Assembly: GCA_011109175.1 (NCBI GenBank) | Contig: RDEW01000005.1 | Location: 966,903-1,030,902 of the forward strand | Direction: 5' to 3' | From: Dicyema japonicum | Taxonomy: Eukaryota > Animalia > Dicyemida | Length of the DNA stretch: 64,000 bases | In this document: positions 1 to 13,980 of the stretch, piece after piece | How positions within the stretch are numbered: the stretch's first letter is position 1 | How the letters are laid out: each line of letters opens with the position of its first letter | Translations under genes and position numbers: made by a program | Notes under the pieces: model-generated | Told to the model about the DNA's origin: nothing | Seen by the model: only the letters and a program-made list of their open reading frames with translations | The model's database searches: none

Positions 1-679
1 ACGTGTTTTTTTAAATTGTATAAAACTTATAAAAATAATATTCTATAAACAAAATTTTGGGTAATGTCAAAAAGGTCAAAATTATTTTTTAGGTCAATAA
101 GTCAAACAATTTATTGATTTTTATTTTCTAACCTTTCGAGTTTTTTAATAAAATATTAACGTGTCAACTGTTATCCCACGTTCAATCAGGAAGGTGATTG
201 AAAAGTTAAACTGCTATTAGAAAATATCTTGGAGAATTTTTAATAAGAACACAAAATTCTTATTCAAGCTGACCTTGTTAATGTAAATTGTGATGGTTTT
301 TCACGTGGCATAACAATACACGTGTTTAATATTTTATTTTTTATTAAAATAATAAGACCGATTCTCTCTTCCTAATCACTCTTGAGCGTCTTATGAATAT
401 TAAATTTGACAATTAGGAGTGGGATCAAGCAACCTTACCAGTTCGCTTTGGTAGACTGGGAATTTCTTCACCAACGCATTTAGCACACTCTGCATATCAA
501 TCTTCCTTGTGCTCCAGTTAGCTGTCGATTAAAATGATTCTCCAACTCCCAACAGAATCTTCATAGATATGAAGCATCTGAAAGTCAAGCTACCTGAGCA
601 TAGAGGCCTCAACAGGTCTAAGATAAATATGTGAGGCTTATGAACCAATCAATTCAACACTGACCCGCCTGTTTAGTGA

Positions 680-1630
680 CTGGAAGATGCGAATGGAGTG
701 GCGCTTGGATCAATGCCTTCCCAGTCGGAAACGTCGGGTCGCACCTTGACGACGATACTGTTCGCACCGGTCTCTTCATTAGACTTGGACTAAGATTTGT
801 AAGACTCACAAGTTTCGATGCGGTGGTACCGTCGACTGTTGTGGTTATGATGCCCATTCTTGCCGAAAAGGCGCAGGACGATTCCAAGACATAAGGCGAT
901 CAACGGAACTTAAAAGCGAGTCTGAAATCTACTGGATATTCCTCTATAAAATAAGTAATCATTCCGCGTGGTGCAATGTGGTTAGTTGGTCAAAAATTAT
1001 TTTCCTTTCCTCCGATGGCGTCATTGGATCCACCTTACTGAGGAGACGCAATTCCTGGCCGGCATCAAGAGGATCCAACTATTCTTTCCCCGGGGACAAT
1101 GTTGTTACTTGGAGACAAGTGCTGGAACCCTGGAACGAGTTAGGATCAAGGAGTTAGTTAGTTTGGTTACTCTTGGTCTTTGGAATAATTTTAATTTTTT
1201 AAATTCTTAATTCCATACTAGAACCGGTTTGCCTAGACAGATGAGACAAAATTACAATCTTTCCATTCGATGAGGAAAAGCCATTGATATGAGATGCCAC
1301 GTGCACCGACCCCATTTGTCCATCCAACATTGTCGGAAACGCGGTAGACGCAACGTGTGCCACGAAAAAGAAATGAAAGCAAAAAATAAAATTACGAAAC
1401 CATGCACGATCGGTTCACGTTCTGTCCCATCGTAGTTGAGACAACCTGAAAAATAAGCTGGAAATTGTTTAGTTTCCTAGAGAAGCTGCTACAACTGGCT
1501 ACACTAAAAAGCCATGACGGACCTGAGATTCGGTGACTTCTCTATTTGATTTTTGTTTCAATCGTAAGAGGCAACGCAATGTCGATTATGTCGGCGGGGA
1601 TCATTTTTGATTGATTTCTGTGTTTTTTAA
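680..1630 (+). mobile_element. Decayed CRE-clade (RLE-type) non-LTR retrotransposon, 3' part, interrupted by a SINE
   Basis: Fragments WINAFPVGNVGSHLDDDTVRTGL, zinc-knuckle remnant, ILEPVCLDR, FCPIVVETT and SIVRGNAMSIM are typical of CRE C-termini. Closely similar to the copy at 63530-64000. Confidence 0.75.
962..1200 (+). mobile_element. SINE, pseudoknot-core group, copy A
   Basis: A-box-like head CCGCGTGGTGCAATGTGGTTAG, core GGCGTCATTGGATCC...GGATCC at 1017-1076, LINE-like tail. Highly similar to 25431-25650. Confidence 0.75.
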
Positions 1631-2239
1631 TAAAAATAATTAATTAAAAGTAAAAAATGACATTTATGGCAACTAAAATGAATTAAAACTCAAAAGGCTC
1701 CAGGGACCGCATAAGATTTTGAGTATACAAGCGGGCCACACTAACAAATCTGAAAAACACCGTAATCTTATTGAAATTTATTTAATAATTTGAAAGCCTA
1801 CTACAACAGATATATTACGCTTACGCTCCAAAACACCAAATATAACAATTTTAATCATTTTTTCAACATCATCATTTTCACTTTTTAGTCTGTTTTCCTG
1901 AGGTGCCTCTTTTTCATGTATTAGCAGTTCCAACCTTGATGAGGCTGAGTTCATAGATTGCAGAAGCGACATGGGTTGCTATATATTTGAAAAACTTGCC
2001 TGTCACTATGCCAACTTAGCCTTCAATTCTTTGAGCCTTGAAACACGCTAAGTCCTCATATTTATCGCAAGATCGATCGTTAGTTTCATAATGTCTTCTA
2101 TGTTTTACTCTTTGTGGCAATGATGATTGATTATTGCAAACTAAACAATGTATCTTTGCATTAACCATTGTAAAAAAGTACTGTAGTTCACTTTTTTTGA
2201 AATTTCTTCAATTTTCCTTTTCTTCTTATTTATTTTATT

Positions 2240-5230
2240 TTTATTTATTTAAATAACCCCGGGAACACCGAGAAAGAGACAAAAGAGTCAAACAGTTAGG
2301 TGATCCCAGTCTTCGCAATCAATTGTGCCATTCGACGTCTGTGATCTTCCATTGTCCCCACTACTGTCCGGAAGAGTCTTCTCTCGGTCTTGCAGAGGAA
2401 TCCGATCGGGGAGGGGAATTTCTTATCCAATCGGTTTTCTCTTGCCATGGAAAGGATCAGGCGAAGCGGGTTTCCATCTTCCTCACAGACGCGAAGAAAT
2501 CCGGAACCGCGACTACGAATCTTAGCTTCCATTAGTAGTGGGTCGACTGTTGATCCATTACGTGGACAAAATATACTGATAGTTTCTGGTGTATTGAGTT
2601 GACTCTGTGGACTATAGTCTCCGATAGCGCGAATCTCCATGCAACGGAGGCATACTCAACGGCTGGCGCGATTGTTTGTTGGTAGAGGGTAAAAACAGAA
2701 AAGTCCATATTCCTCGGGGTCCTCCGACAAGGGCGCGTAAAACGTTAATTTCTGGAGGCCCTGGTAATCATGTCTTTTGCGTGGGAGTTGAAATTGAGAG
2801 ACTGTCGTACTTGACTCCAAGGACAGTGGGGGCCTTGTCACTGGAATCCGAGTGGGACCAATGTAAAGATACTCGGTTCATCCTTGAACGACGGTCCGAA
2901 GTGAAATGGGAACAGATAGACTTGGTTGCAGAAATCGTAAGTCGATTGCCAACAATCCAATCGTGGAGAGTGTTCAATTTTTCTGAGTTTTAAGGGATGC
3001 GACTTGCGTCGAGCGGTTCCGTATTGCAATGACTACATCGTCTGCGTAGGATAATAGCAGGGAATCTTCGTCTCCATCATTAGGTAGGTCGTGTAGGAAT
3101 AAGGTTGAATAGAATTGGTGAAAGTGGAGACCCCTGGGGTACCCCGTTCGGTAGTAATCGTGATCTAGATCTGAGATCACCACTGACTACTCTTCCACGT
3201 CTTCCAGACAAAAAGTTGGCCAGCCATAATTTCACATTCGGACGAATATTAGTAGAAAATATTTTTCCAACCAGGATTTTCCTCGAAACAGTGTCAAAGG
3301 CTTTGTTGATGTCAATAGAAACCAAGATTGTGCGTTTGTGAGGCGGGGATGGGTGTTAAAACCGTCGGCAATGAACTGCGATAGTTGCCAAGTATGTAGC
3401 GGTGGACCTACCGCGGAGGAAACCATGTTGAAATATAGGACGCGGAAGATACGGAATAATGACTGATAATACAAGTTTCTCCATAATTTTTGACAGTGTG
3501 CTGGTAACGGAAATAGGCCTGTAGGATGCAGGTTCTGTCTCTGTTTTCCCAGCCTTCAATATCGGTCTGATGATAGAATTCTTTCAAATCTTGGAATAAT
3601 ATTTTAGTTAATAGAAAGGTTGTATATATGCTTGAGGTAGTCAATTGCGTAGTGGCTTAGGTGTTTTTGGTGAATAGAAGATACTTTGTCAAGCCCGCAC
3701 GCCCGTGAGCTCTTTAATCTGGTGATCACATCCAAGACTTGGTCATCTGTGAATATTTCGTGGTAAGGTTCCTTCTTCGGTTTATGGGCACGCACCTTAA
3801 TGTCCAGGTGTTTCGAGAATGGTTTGAAGCTAATTCCAGCGTAATGTTTCATAAGGGTGTTAGGATGTAGGTGGCATAAGTGTTCAGGAGAAGACTTTCC
3901 GGTTCCGTCTGCATCATCCAGCTCCGACTTGACTTGTTTAAGAGTTTTCCAGAAATGTCGGGATGTACTTTTCCTGTCGAGGTGGTTAACTAGATGCTGC
4001 CATCTCTTGTCCTTGTGTTCTTTTATGCTCTGACAGATCTTTTATTTAGTTGTCTGAGGGCTGTCTAAAACTTCAGGTTCATCAGATGGCATCTTTTCAA
4101 CCGGTCTCTTTGTTTTATAAGACTTATTGTATAAGAGCTGAGCGTAGGAATAAACTTCTCGTATGACGATACAGGAATAAAAATATGGTCAGCTTACTGA
4201 ATGGCAGCGCTGATTATTTATGCGGCCTCATCAATAGAGCGTATTGATCAGGATAATTTCCAGGCCAAGAATTTATCAACAAGGTTACTGAAACAGGACC
4301 AGTCTACTTTCGTATAATCCTTGAATCTTTTTGATTCCACCGGCCGTCTCTTGTATCGTCGAAGACCTTTCAATTTTAGAAGGATTGGATTGTGGTCACT
4401 GGAGAAGCCGTAAAAGACGTTCCAGGAAATGAGTCCAGCCAGGGAAAATGAGCATTGTGTTAAGTCGGGGGATGTGCAGCTATCAGTCATCCTTAATGGG
4501 GTCCTCGTATGTGAGGTAGCGTTGTTCAGTATAATCAGGTCAGGAAGATAATTTGCAATGAGTTCTCCTCGGTTATCAGAGGATTGGGAAGTGAGCCAAA
4601 CTGGATGTCGCACATTAAGATCCCCACATCACAGTAGATTTTTCAATGTTGAAATGCGTGATAAATCAGGAGTGTAAGATGTTTGTGGAGGAATATATAA
4701 ATTAGCCAAATGGATCCAAAAGGACGGGAATAACTCGATTTTGACAGCAATCTGCTCCAAAGTCTTGTCGGTGCAAAAAGCTCTGAGGTTCGTTGAGTTG
4801 TATCCATAAAGGAATATCGTTCTTTATAATAGTAAGTAGTCTCTCCGCGTCCTCCTTGACGATCTTTACGGATCACTGTGTATCCGGGAAAAGAGGGTGT
4901 TGGTATGGAGGGAGATAGCTTGGACTCCTGTATTAAAGCGAGATCAGCCCCATTTTTGCGGAGGAGTGCCCGGAGTTCAAAGATTTTCTTTGATCCCATT
5001 CGTATTCAGTTGTATAATTGTCAAATCTCTCCATGGACAGGATTGGTTTCGACGTCTCCACATAAAAGAATCAGAAATCTGGACAAATGGCGACGCCAGA
5101 TAGGGTCGAAGACACAGGAGTTGAGGGGACCACTGGACGTTGGGAGAAGCTGTTGGCTCCTTTCGTTCCTTTTGGAATGGGTGACACAATTTCTGGTGAC
5201 CAACCAACCAAACCAAACTTTATTTAAGCG
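2240..5230 (-). mobile_element. Near full-length but frameshifted APE-RT LINE with 2A-like peptide
   Basis: In order: CGDVETNP, APE fragments (IIQLNTNGI, LIQESKL, SSDHNPI), RT fragments (SYRPISVTS, DINKAFDTV, GVPQGSPLSP, YADD), then a 3' tail ending in (TAAA)-like repeats. Confidence 0.9.
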
Positions 5231-5376
5231 AATTATAGGAGTTAATTAAGAGGTTTCTGCTAGTCCGCCTATGCGTCCTGGACTCTTCCGACGTACCTCA
5301 TCTTCATTTTCTTTTTATCCTATCGGTGGATCCCATCGATCCTCTTCTCCACAATGTATCTCACCGGAGAAGAATT

Positions 5377-7914
5377 TTATCTTCTTTTATACTGAGGGTG
5401 TTGAATAGTTTTTTTACCCAAGGCCAGCTTTATTGCTGACCTTCTTGATTTTTCCATAAGTTGTATAATTCTATCTCTATGGCATGAGAAAAACCATTCT
5501 TCGCATCCATACAATAGTTCCGGCAGAATAACTCTCGTGAAAACAAACAGGAAGGTCTCCAAGCTTACAGATAGCTTTTTTGTACAGAAAAGCGCTTGTA
5601 GCGCTTTCTTCCTTCTTCGTCTGATATCTTCCATGAAGGAACCTTCTCCATCGATGGCTATCCCGAGGTAGCGAAGTGAATTCACTTTTGGGATGCCAAG
5701 TAAATAAGGCTGTACACGATGCCTCCGTAGGCGAATGACTCTCAGATGGCTCGATTTCTCGGTAGAGAATGTCATCCCTCTCTTGGAGCACCAGTCCTGA
5801 ACTTGATCAACGAATAGCCTGATTCTATTTTTCGATAAAGTGGATTTTCCAGAAGTATCCATGATTTGAATGTCATCCGCGTATATCAACATCTTTGTGT
5901 TTATATCTGGTGGAACTGGGATGTCTGACAAGATTATATTGAACAACAGCGGGCTCAAGATAGAGCCCTGTGGAACTCCCCTTTTCAATGTAATAGCTTT
6001 TAACATATATAGTCCGACACGTATTCTGGAAGTTCGTTCCGTTAGAAAGTTCTTTATCCATATGGAGTTTTTCTTATGGATATTCGCAGCTGATAGGAGG
6101 GCTTCATGCCACACGCTATTAAATGCTTTAGACAGATCCAGACATACTAGGTTGACTTGTCTCTTGATTTCCAGACCTCTCAATTCCGTCGAGTGAATCT
6201 GGTAGATGTAGTCCGTACAGGATTTTCCAGGTCTGAAGCCCCATTGTTCCGCGAAAAGGAAACCACTCTCTTCTATGTGCTCGTTCAGCCTCTTGAAGAT
6301 AATTCGCTCAGCAATCTTGGAAATAGAGCAAATGAGGCTGATCGGTCTATAGTTGAGAGGGTTCCTCCCCGACTTTCCCGGTTTGAGTACCATTCTGATA
6401 ATAGAACATTTCCATCGTATTGGGACATATCCATGAGTAATACTCGCGTTAAATAGATTTTTCAGCACAAGCAGCAGATCATCCCGACCTTATTTGAACA
6501 ATCTCATACTTATATGATCATGTCCAGAAGCGTTGGCCTTGCATGTTCTGATCGCATTTATAACGTCCTCTGTCGTTATCTCCATTTCGGTATCATTAAG
6601 ATCATCCAGAAAGTACGTTAGGAGTTCTTCTGTAGCTTTCAACTTTTCCCCTGGGATTAGCTCCATTGGGTTGACCCCCTGGATATGCTCCAGTTGCTTC
6701 TTAAAAATAGCTGGAGCTTCTTCCATAGAGCATAATCCTCTTTCTGGTTTAGTCAAAGAAATTTTTGTATTCTTCATGTTCTAGCCAGTTGATCTTTTGT
6801 AGAACTTCCAGAACGAGGAGTCTTTCGTATTTAGTTTGCTTGCCTCGTTCCTCAAATGTTGTTCTTGAGACAGTCTTGTTCCCTCTTCAATGATTTTTTT
6901 GATTATTTTTAGATGGTTGGTCAGTGCAATCCGGTCTATCCAGTCAACACATCTTCGGAGTTTGTTCCTTATGCGGTTTCTTTTATTAATCATATAGATA
7001 ATGTATGAGGGGAGAATTTGATGCTCTTCCCATGACTAGTCTTTGAAGTTCTTCTCCTTGCGTAAAGTGATAAGTATCTATCCATCATAATTGAGAGATC
7101 TCTGTCTATGTAGTCAATATCATTTCGGGAATAAGGTCCATCCTTCCAGTTTTTGAAATTTCTAGTATCTTCTATAGTGTTCTCAATTTAGTCTTGATAG
7201 GAAGTAGTTAGTAAACATTGATTCCGTGGTGTCTGGAGCCAGGTTTAGTGTTATTTCTTGTGGGATATGGTCGCTCCCGATGTCCTGCAAGATCATTGGT
7301 TGCTCCACAAAAGTGCATAGTAGTGGTGACACCAGGAAGACCCCAAGCATGTCTCCGCCGTGGTACGAGTAGTGATTTGGCTTCTCCGAGGTCATTACCT
7401 CGAAGCCTGCCTTGTCACTTAGTCTTCTTAACCTGATTCCATCTTCGTTGGTTCTGAGGCTTCCATATTTAGTGTTCTTGGCGTTCAGATCCCCCACTAG
7501 GATAAACAAGTTGTTCTCTGTGAAGAAACTTTTGATTTCCGTGGGGCATTTTCTTAGGTCCTTTAAGTACATTCCTCCAATATGTATCCAACGGTTACAA
7601 CAGCGTATCTCAATAGTAACAAATTCACAATGTGTGTTCGAGGTAACTCTTGGCTCACGTACATGTAGAACATCGTTGTAGAACAATATGGTTCCAGTAC
7701 CAGCCTCTGGGCCTTCGACCCATGGTATTTCTATCGAATTATAACCTTTTATTGTTGCTGTGTTGATCCTTTTTATTTTGTTCTCATTGACCACCAGAAT
7801 GTCAATCTTGGTGGACGACATGAGTAGTGCCAGGTCATCACGCCTCTTCTTCAGGGATCGGGCGTTCACCAGCACTATCTTTAGGTTCCGTAAGTCCAGA
7901 AGGTACAGGCACAC
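5377..7914 (-). mobile_element. Second APE-RT LINE, a different family (Jockey/I-group-like), disrupted by several frameshifts
   Basis: APE at 7183-7914 (NARSL, GDLNAK, GSDHIP) and RT at 5377-6468 (YRPISL, QWGFRPG, LDLSKAFN, GVPQGSILSP, YADD, YLGI). Confidence 0.9.
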
Positions 7915-8099
7915 TCCACCGTCTGCTTCAAGAACTGGTAGTATAAGATGACAGCAAATTCCTGTGACCGCTAAATCCTGTAGTTTAGAAAGGTTTTTAT
8001 GACGTTGAGTTTCCGGAGGTCGTCATTCACATGTTGGGAGAAAAAGTCACTCCAGTACTCTTGGATGTGTTTTCATTGGAATAATGTCACCATGAAGAC

Positions 8100-8655
8100 T
8101 GACTTCTAACTTATCATTTAGTCTTCGATCTGTTGTAAAATTGTATAATTTTCCGTGGATATGGAAAGTCGGACCCTTAGGTCGTTTATGTGTGATTGAA
8201 GTTCTGATTTTGCCACATCCACGTATTCATTTCTGCTCGAAATAATTAGATTGACAGTATATGTTAGAATTATTGAGTCCTGACCACCAGGGTAAGTCGT
8301 TTAAGAATAAGTTAAAAAGCGCAGGAGAAAAGGGCTATTCTTGAGCGACAGCATTCAGGAGGAGACAGGATTTCGACCTTGACACGTCCCTTTCGTACGG
8401 TAAGAAAATCGGTTATCCACCGTTTTAAAGTCGGACGAATGGAGGTAATGAAGACCTTTTTCGTTAGTAGGATTCTCGGGACTGAATCAAGCGCCTTTTG
8501 AAAGTCGAGACTAATACTATCCGTAGATTCCGTTTGGGTTCGTTAAACTCTTCCGAGATAAATTGTGTCAAGGAAGTTAAGTGTTTTGTTTTAGAACGTT
8601 GCGATCTGAATCGGTGTTGGTATTGACAAAAGGGCAAATGAGGTTTAATTTCCAT
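8100..8655 (-). mobile_element. LINE RT fragment
   Basis: KPHLPFCQYQHRF...HLTSLTQFISEEFN, homologous to the RT at 59800. Confidence 0.7.
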
Positions 8656-9370
8656 AGATTAAAACCAAAAGCCATGATACCATTTAAGAGTTTGAAGTCA
8701 AGCTGACAAAGTCTGTTAACATGAGACACCATGTTTTCCATGACAAGCCTTAAATATCCCACGTGTACTAAGCATTCGAAAGGCGTAATATTTCCAATGC
8801 TTCTTATATTTTTATGAGGTTTAATCAATGATAGTTTTCGATTGAGTACATGCTATCCGCACAATAACTCTTAGCATGCTCGTGTTTATATTTTTCTTAA
8901 ATAACAAGGGTATCTGGTTGCCATGGGAGAGCAATAGAACTACATCCAGCATCCAGGAATATTGATTACCCTGAGTTTTTCATTTTCGTTTCATTGATTA
9001 TTAGAATATCCATTTACGTTACCACATAGGAATAAATTAATGTTTAAACTCGATCATACAAATTTGATCTCAAAAATCTGAGTTACAGCTGTTCTCCCCA
9101 GTCTCATTCGAATTTTAATAATCAACAGGCAAACCACCTAAAGGAAACATCCAATCAATGAGCAAACTAGTTTTGCGTCTATTTAGCACTTGGTATCGCC
9201 ACAGCACAAGAGAACCAGCGACAGCAGGCTACACTTCTTTGGGGGTGTTACTGCACGTGGGATCGCTTAATTGGTTAAATTTACCCCCCTCACTGTACAA
9301 AAGAGTGTTATTAAATAATTTAAGAATCCCAGAAAAATAGTAAATACCCAGTCATAACTATTAATGATTA

Positions 9371-10248
9371 TTATGATAGAGTGGAGGACATCAAAATATA
9401 CTAGAAATTAAAATAAAAAGTACCTGAAAACCTACGGAAAAGATAAAATGCGTAATTATAACAAAACTCGCCACAATTATAGCCAATTTATAGCTTCTAT
9501 GAGACAGCGACCAGAATGAAAAGGCCAAAATAGAACCGGTCAGAAAACAAACAACAATAACTGAAACCCAGGTTAGCCAGTGGATTCGGAAAACAGCAAT
9601 AAACTAAAAATACAAAAAACTGGAAACAGTCAGAGGAATGTATAAAAACAGGGAATATCCGTACAGCGCCAAAATCTCAACCATGGAAAAATCCTCGTAG
9701 ATTTTTTTGGACCACAAAAATGAGTAAATAATTAAGGGAATGATAACCCAATATGAGAAAATTACAAATGCTGCGGTGGATACTAAACGAATTCGACCAA
9801 CGAGACTACCTTTGTTGAAGTCGTAATGCCAGAATGAATTATGATGGTCAACTTCAAAACGGTTTCTGTATTCGTAATAAGACGCGAGGTTGTCGAATAT
9901 GCATACTGAAAAAATTAAAGTAATACAAATCCAAAATCCGCCTAAAAATCAGTTCCAGGAACTACCATAAAGATCAGGGTGGTTGTGAATTTTGTCTCTC
10001 ACTTTCTTGTTTTCTGCCGTCGGGACAAACGAGGAAACAGTTCGCTGAAAAATGGTCCTCCCATCGAAGTCAAAATATTGTTGATAATGAGAGAAAGAAA
10101 AGTATGATGTTTTTTGAGCATTTTGTTCATTTCTTTGTGTATTGGGCATGTCTATCGATGTTGTTGTATTCAGATTATCTTGATTTATCGAAGATTCTAA
10201 ATAATTAGTGATTGGTTTACCATGATAGTTTAAAGGTACATTGTCCAT
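9371..10248 (-). CDS. Yip1-domain Golgi/ER membrane protein (YIPF1/YIPF2-like), 5 exons
   Basis: Splicing out four 23-27 nt GT-AG introns gives YQQYFDFD...HPDLYGGFWICITLIFSVCI...YDFNKVSTAAFVIFSYW...EILALYGYSLFLYIP...TLS*, matching YIPF1/2 motifs. Confidence 0.85.
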
Positions 10249-10400
10249 AATTAGTAGGCTACGATTTTATATAAATTTAAATTTATAAATTATATTAAAT
10301 ATTATTTATATAAATTGGGTAAGAAACTATTTTGAGTTGAATTAAATTTTCATATTTAAAAAATTATTTGTGGTTTTGTTTCTTTTTGTGATTAATAGAA

Positions 10401-10680
10401 GTGTCGACCAGGTATGGTTAATGCTTTCCCTCACTTCGCATTTAGCTAAGGGATCGATTCCCAAACCGCCTCCTACTTGGTCGAGAGATTTCCTTTCTGC
10501 TCTTTACTTCCAATTACTAGAGTCATCATTGGATCCACCTAACTCAGGAGACGCCCAGTGTCTGACCAGCATCCAAATAGGATCCTTCTTTTTCTTACAC
10601 CAGTTTGCGAGTTCCCATGTCGATATCTGGAGGATACTTCCCACTTTGATAAACCTTGTATATCCTGGTTATTAAAAAAT
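10401..10680 (+). mobile_element. tRNA-headed SINE, pseudoknot-core group, copy B
   Basis: A box GGTATGGTTAATG, B box GGATCGATTCCC, pyrimidine tract, core at 10521-10585, tail ...TATCCTGGTTATTAAAAAATAA. Confidence 0.7.
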
Positions 10681-11439
10681 AAGTTTAATTTGTACAGAAT
10701 TCAGTATATCACTGCAAAAATTGATTTATTTGATTAATTATCTGTTGTTGTTCAATCCTGAATCCATGGGGTATTCATTGTATAACTTACATGGACTACT
10801 GCAACGAAAGTATCAAAGAAATTTCACAACAAATACTTATGGAGTCTGTCCAGCCTCAATTTGGTGTCGATGGGTGCTTTAATTGATTATCTGAGACTCA
10901 TTATTAAAAAACACTCCCGAGAAAACATAAAATTAGTTAAGTTTCCCTTGTGCCGTATTTCTAATCATTCTCTCCGTCAGCCTCGATCATGATCCTCTGT
11001 TGCGTGCTAGTTCTTTTAGGTAGTCTAGGTCGTCCGCCATTTCCATTATAATGTTAGATGCTACCAAAACTCTTGTAACACAGTGAATCAGGTCCTGATG
11101 GACTGCAAATCCGAGACCATAATGTCGGCAGGCCGATGAGAGTAAAAAGGTTGAATTTTCTAAACAGTAAGTTTGACGTCTGAGACCTATTCAGTGAGAA
11201 TATTTGTCACCAGTTGTACATCGCTGATAAAAAGACGTGAGTAATCGATTATTGGAAGGCATTCGAGGAGATATACTCGTGTTTTTAGAGAAGGATAAGT
11301 CGACTATGTTATAAGGTTTTAAGTCCCGATTTGGAGTGGAAATAATTATTTCTGAATATGGAAAGCTAATTTATGAACATTAAAGAAAATTGTTGTCCAC
11401 GTCATTACATGGAAACGTCACAACCAAGTTGTGAATTAA

Positions 11440-12530
11440 CCTCATTTATCCCGGAATCGGAATCAAGATTATTCGCTAGTTGCGCTCTAGAGAGAAATCA
11501 GGGAACAAAATTTATTGAACACTTGTTTCGGCCACATACAACCTCTTATTGAAAGAGGGTATAAAAAACTGCACTTTTAAGCAGAGCCAGGTAGCTCCGA
11601 TCAGGCAGGACACACTTTATTTAAGTAAAGAGCAGTTATAATTTCGCTACGGAGGAATCGGAATTCGCTCACAAATAGAACTCGCTCTCCTGGGCTTTCT
11701 ATCTTCGACATATGCTTCCAGTGGTCTCACACGTCAGATACTACGCTACATTAACGGATTGGACGCTGAACCAGTGGTATGCATGGTTCGGGAAGTCTGG
11801 ACGCGACAGGGTGTTGCGTTCCCGAAGAACGCTAATAAACGACGAGAATGGGACAAGTTTTTATGCACAAATATCATGGAAGAGATAAAACCTGTGTTTG
11901 ATAAGCATCGTCTGGCTTGTGTGGTTTCTACATCGACGAACGAGACGGAGCCTGGCTCAGAGCATTACCATGACCTCACTTGGGACACTACGTGTCGAGG
12001 ATTGGGGTTTCCGTCCGCCTCGGAATGGATGTTGCACGATCTATAAGAGTAGATGTGGAGGAATGGTCGACATGAAAGGTCTTCACGCCTTTTCCTGCCT
12101 GAGGAGTGCTAAAGGGAGTCGACACGCCGAAATCAACAGGGTTATTGCTTGGGAACTTGAGGCTGCTTGATTTCTTGTCCAAATGGAGCTGTTTGGGCTT
12201 GCTCAAACCAACCGAAGACCGGACGGAACCACTCTCTTCCCATGGGAAAGTGTCCAACCTTATAACGATAGTAACTAATCCAGGCTCTGCGTCGGAGAAG
12301 GCTGAGACCCTAAAGTTAAAGAAATACTTATGTATTGGTGGAAAGTTCATCTTGAAATGTCAGGAATTATAGGAAACAGGTCACCAATCTTGCTAAACAG
12401 GATCGGTTCGCTCATCGGGAAGAGGAAGAATGATCGGAGAGAAAGGAGCTGGCTCATTGAGCGCATTTCCTGGCAAATCGTCAGAGGAAATGCGTTCTAC
12501 ATTATGAGAGCAGCCAGCAGTTGTTAAGTA
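11440..12530 (+). mobile_element. Decayed CRE-clade retrotransposon (RT end, zinc knuckle, RLE)
   Basis: GGIGIRSQIELALLGFLSS, RCGGMVDMKGLHAFSCLRS..RHAEIN and ERISWQIVRGNA. Confidence 0.7.
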
Positions 12531-12775
12531 TTACTTTTTGGCTAAATAAAGTTCTCTTTTATAACTAATCGTAGAGGGAGAACCAAGGAATGCTCTTTAC
12601 TTTTTTTTTTTTTTTTGGGTGTATGTCCCTTATAGGTTTGCAGTGAAATGATCACGTCATTCGTCAAATCATCGTAGGTGCGTGGACCTTCATCCGAAAT
12701 GTACAGCAGCGGATTCGAACTAGGGTCCATCAGGCCTATTGCCCGGTACTCGTTACACTGCGCCACCCCGCCTAG
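12530..12775 (-). mobile_element. tRNA-derived SINE, family 2
   Basis: The minus strand reads GGCGGGGTGGCGCAGTG (A box)...GTTCGAATCC (B box), followed by a body shared with 13715-13980 and 50340-50640. Confidence 0.75.
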
Positions 12776-13714
12776 CTAATAAATTATAGAGTGGAAGTCA
12801 ACGAGACAATAAAATATCTACCAAATTGGAAGGCACAGGGATAGACTATATAATTTTTTGTGAAGAAATTTAACTCCACGAATTTCAATAAAATAGTGAA
12901 AGTTATAAATTGAGAATCTATTAATGGTGACTGGTTTTAGGGATTACTTATGATTCCTAACCATGGAAGCGTGCGTTCTGAATGTCACAAGTTTATTGAT
13001 AAATTGTATTAATCAAAAACTCGGGGATTATGTGGAGGTTTTTGGTCTCTTCTCTGAAAATCAAAGGGTAGAGAAAAAGGTTTCAGAGTTCTAGAAAGCA
13101 AGCCCTAATTAACAAATAAATAAAATAAATAAAAAATGGATTGTTTGCTGCATGATTTATGTCAAAAAAGCTTTTTACGACATAATTTTCTTTAAAATCA
13201 TGAATTCTGAATGAATTGTTGCCGTAAGATCTAATATTTCACAATGGAAAGTGAAATTTAAATTAAATAATGAAGATATTTGGGATATTTTTTGAAAGAG
13301 GTATTCAGCATGGACACAGTCTTTTCTCGATCCACTGAGAAGATTTCTTCTCGAAAAATACCCAAAAGATTCAATCCTGAATGAAAATCAGTCAGTATCT
13401 TCATTTTCGACTAGCCACTCTTTTTTCACAGACAAACTAAATCTAGTCTCAAATAACGAGGATGTTATTGTAAAAATTATGGAAGATGAGAATTTTTATA
13501 TCAACGCTATTGGTTTTGAAAAGAATCTGGAAAATATCAAAGGAAACTAGGCTATTAATGGAATTGACGGATATAAATACTTGGTTGTACTGGGGGCCCT
13601 AATGGTCAGATTCAAAGTCAGAAATGTTGAAAATAAGATCTACACAAGTCAACAGAAGAATTGCGAGTTTCGTGACCTCTAAACTAAATTAAATGAATAT
13701 CTTCAATATAAAGA

Positions 13715-13980
13715 GCGTAAGTTCTGGGTAAGAGGCCTGATGGCCTCTAGTTATAATCTCGCTGCTCATCCCAGTTGAAGGTTCCAGGCATCTACGATGT
13801 TTTGCCTAGACGAGTGACGACGTCATCAGTGAATACATCAATGCGAACCGGATCGTCTATAAAGGACATACACGCAACAAAAATATAAGGTTCTCCCTCT
13901 GTGATTAGTCATCATTACTGTGTTCTGCCCGAGCGGAACTATAGCTTATATGGCTCTGCGTAAAAGTGCAATCTTTATTA
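13715..13980 (+). mobile_element. tRNA-derived SINE, family 2
   Basis: Aligns with 50340-50640 (GTTGAAGGTTCC...CATCAGTGAA...GGACATACAC...AAAGTGCA). Short 3' fragments of the family also occur at 11594-11640 and 14188-14236. Confidence 0.7.

Noticed and set aside
2296-7951. Many short plus-strand ORFs in the ORF track
   Set aside because: They are antisense shadows of minus-strand LINE coding sequence.
8920-8970. Aspartic-protease-like motif IFLDAGCSSI on the minus strand
   Set aside because: Too short and surrounded by stops, with no other LTR-element features.
12700-12775. tRNA gene on the minus strand
   Set aside because: A and B boxes are present, but the T stem does not pair and the anticodon loop is 5 nt. 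It continues into a repeated body, so it is a SINE head.
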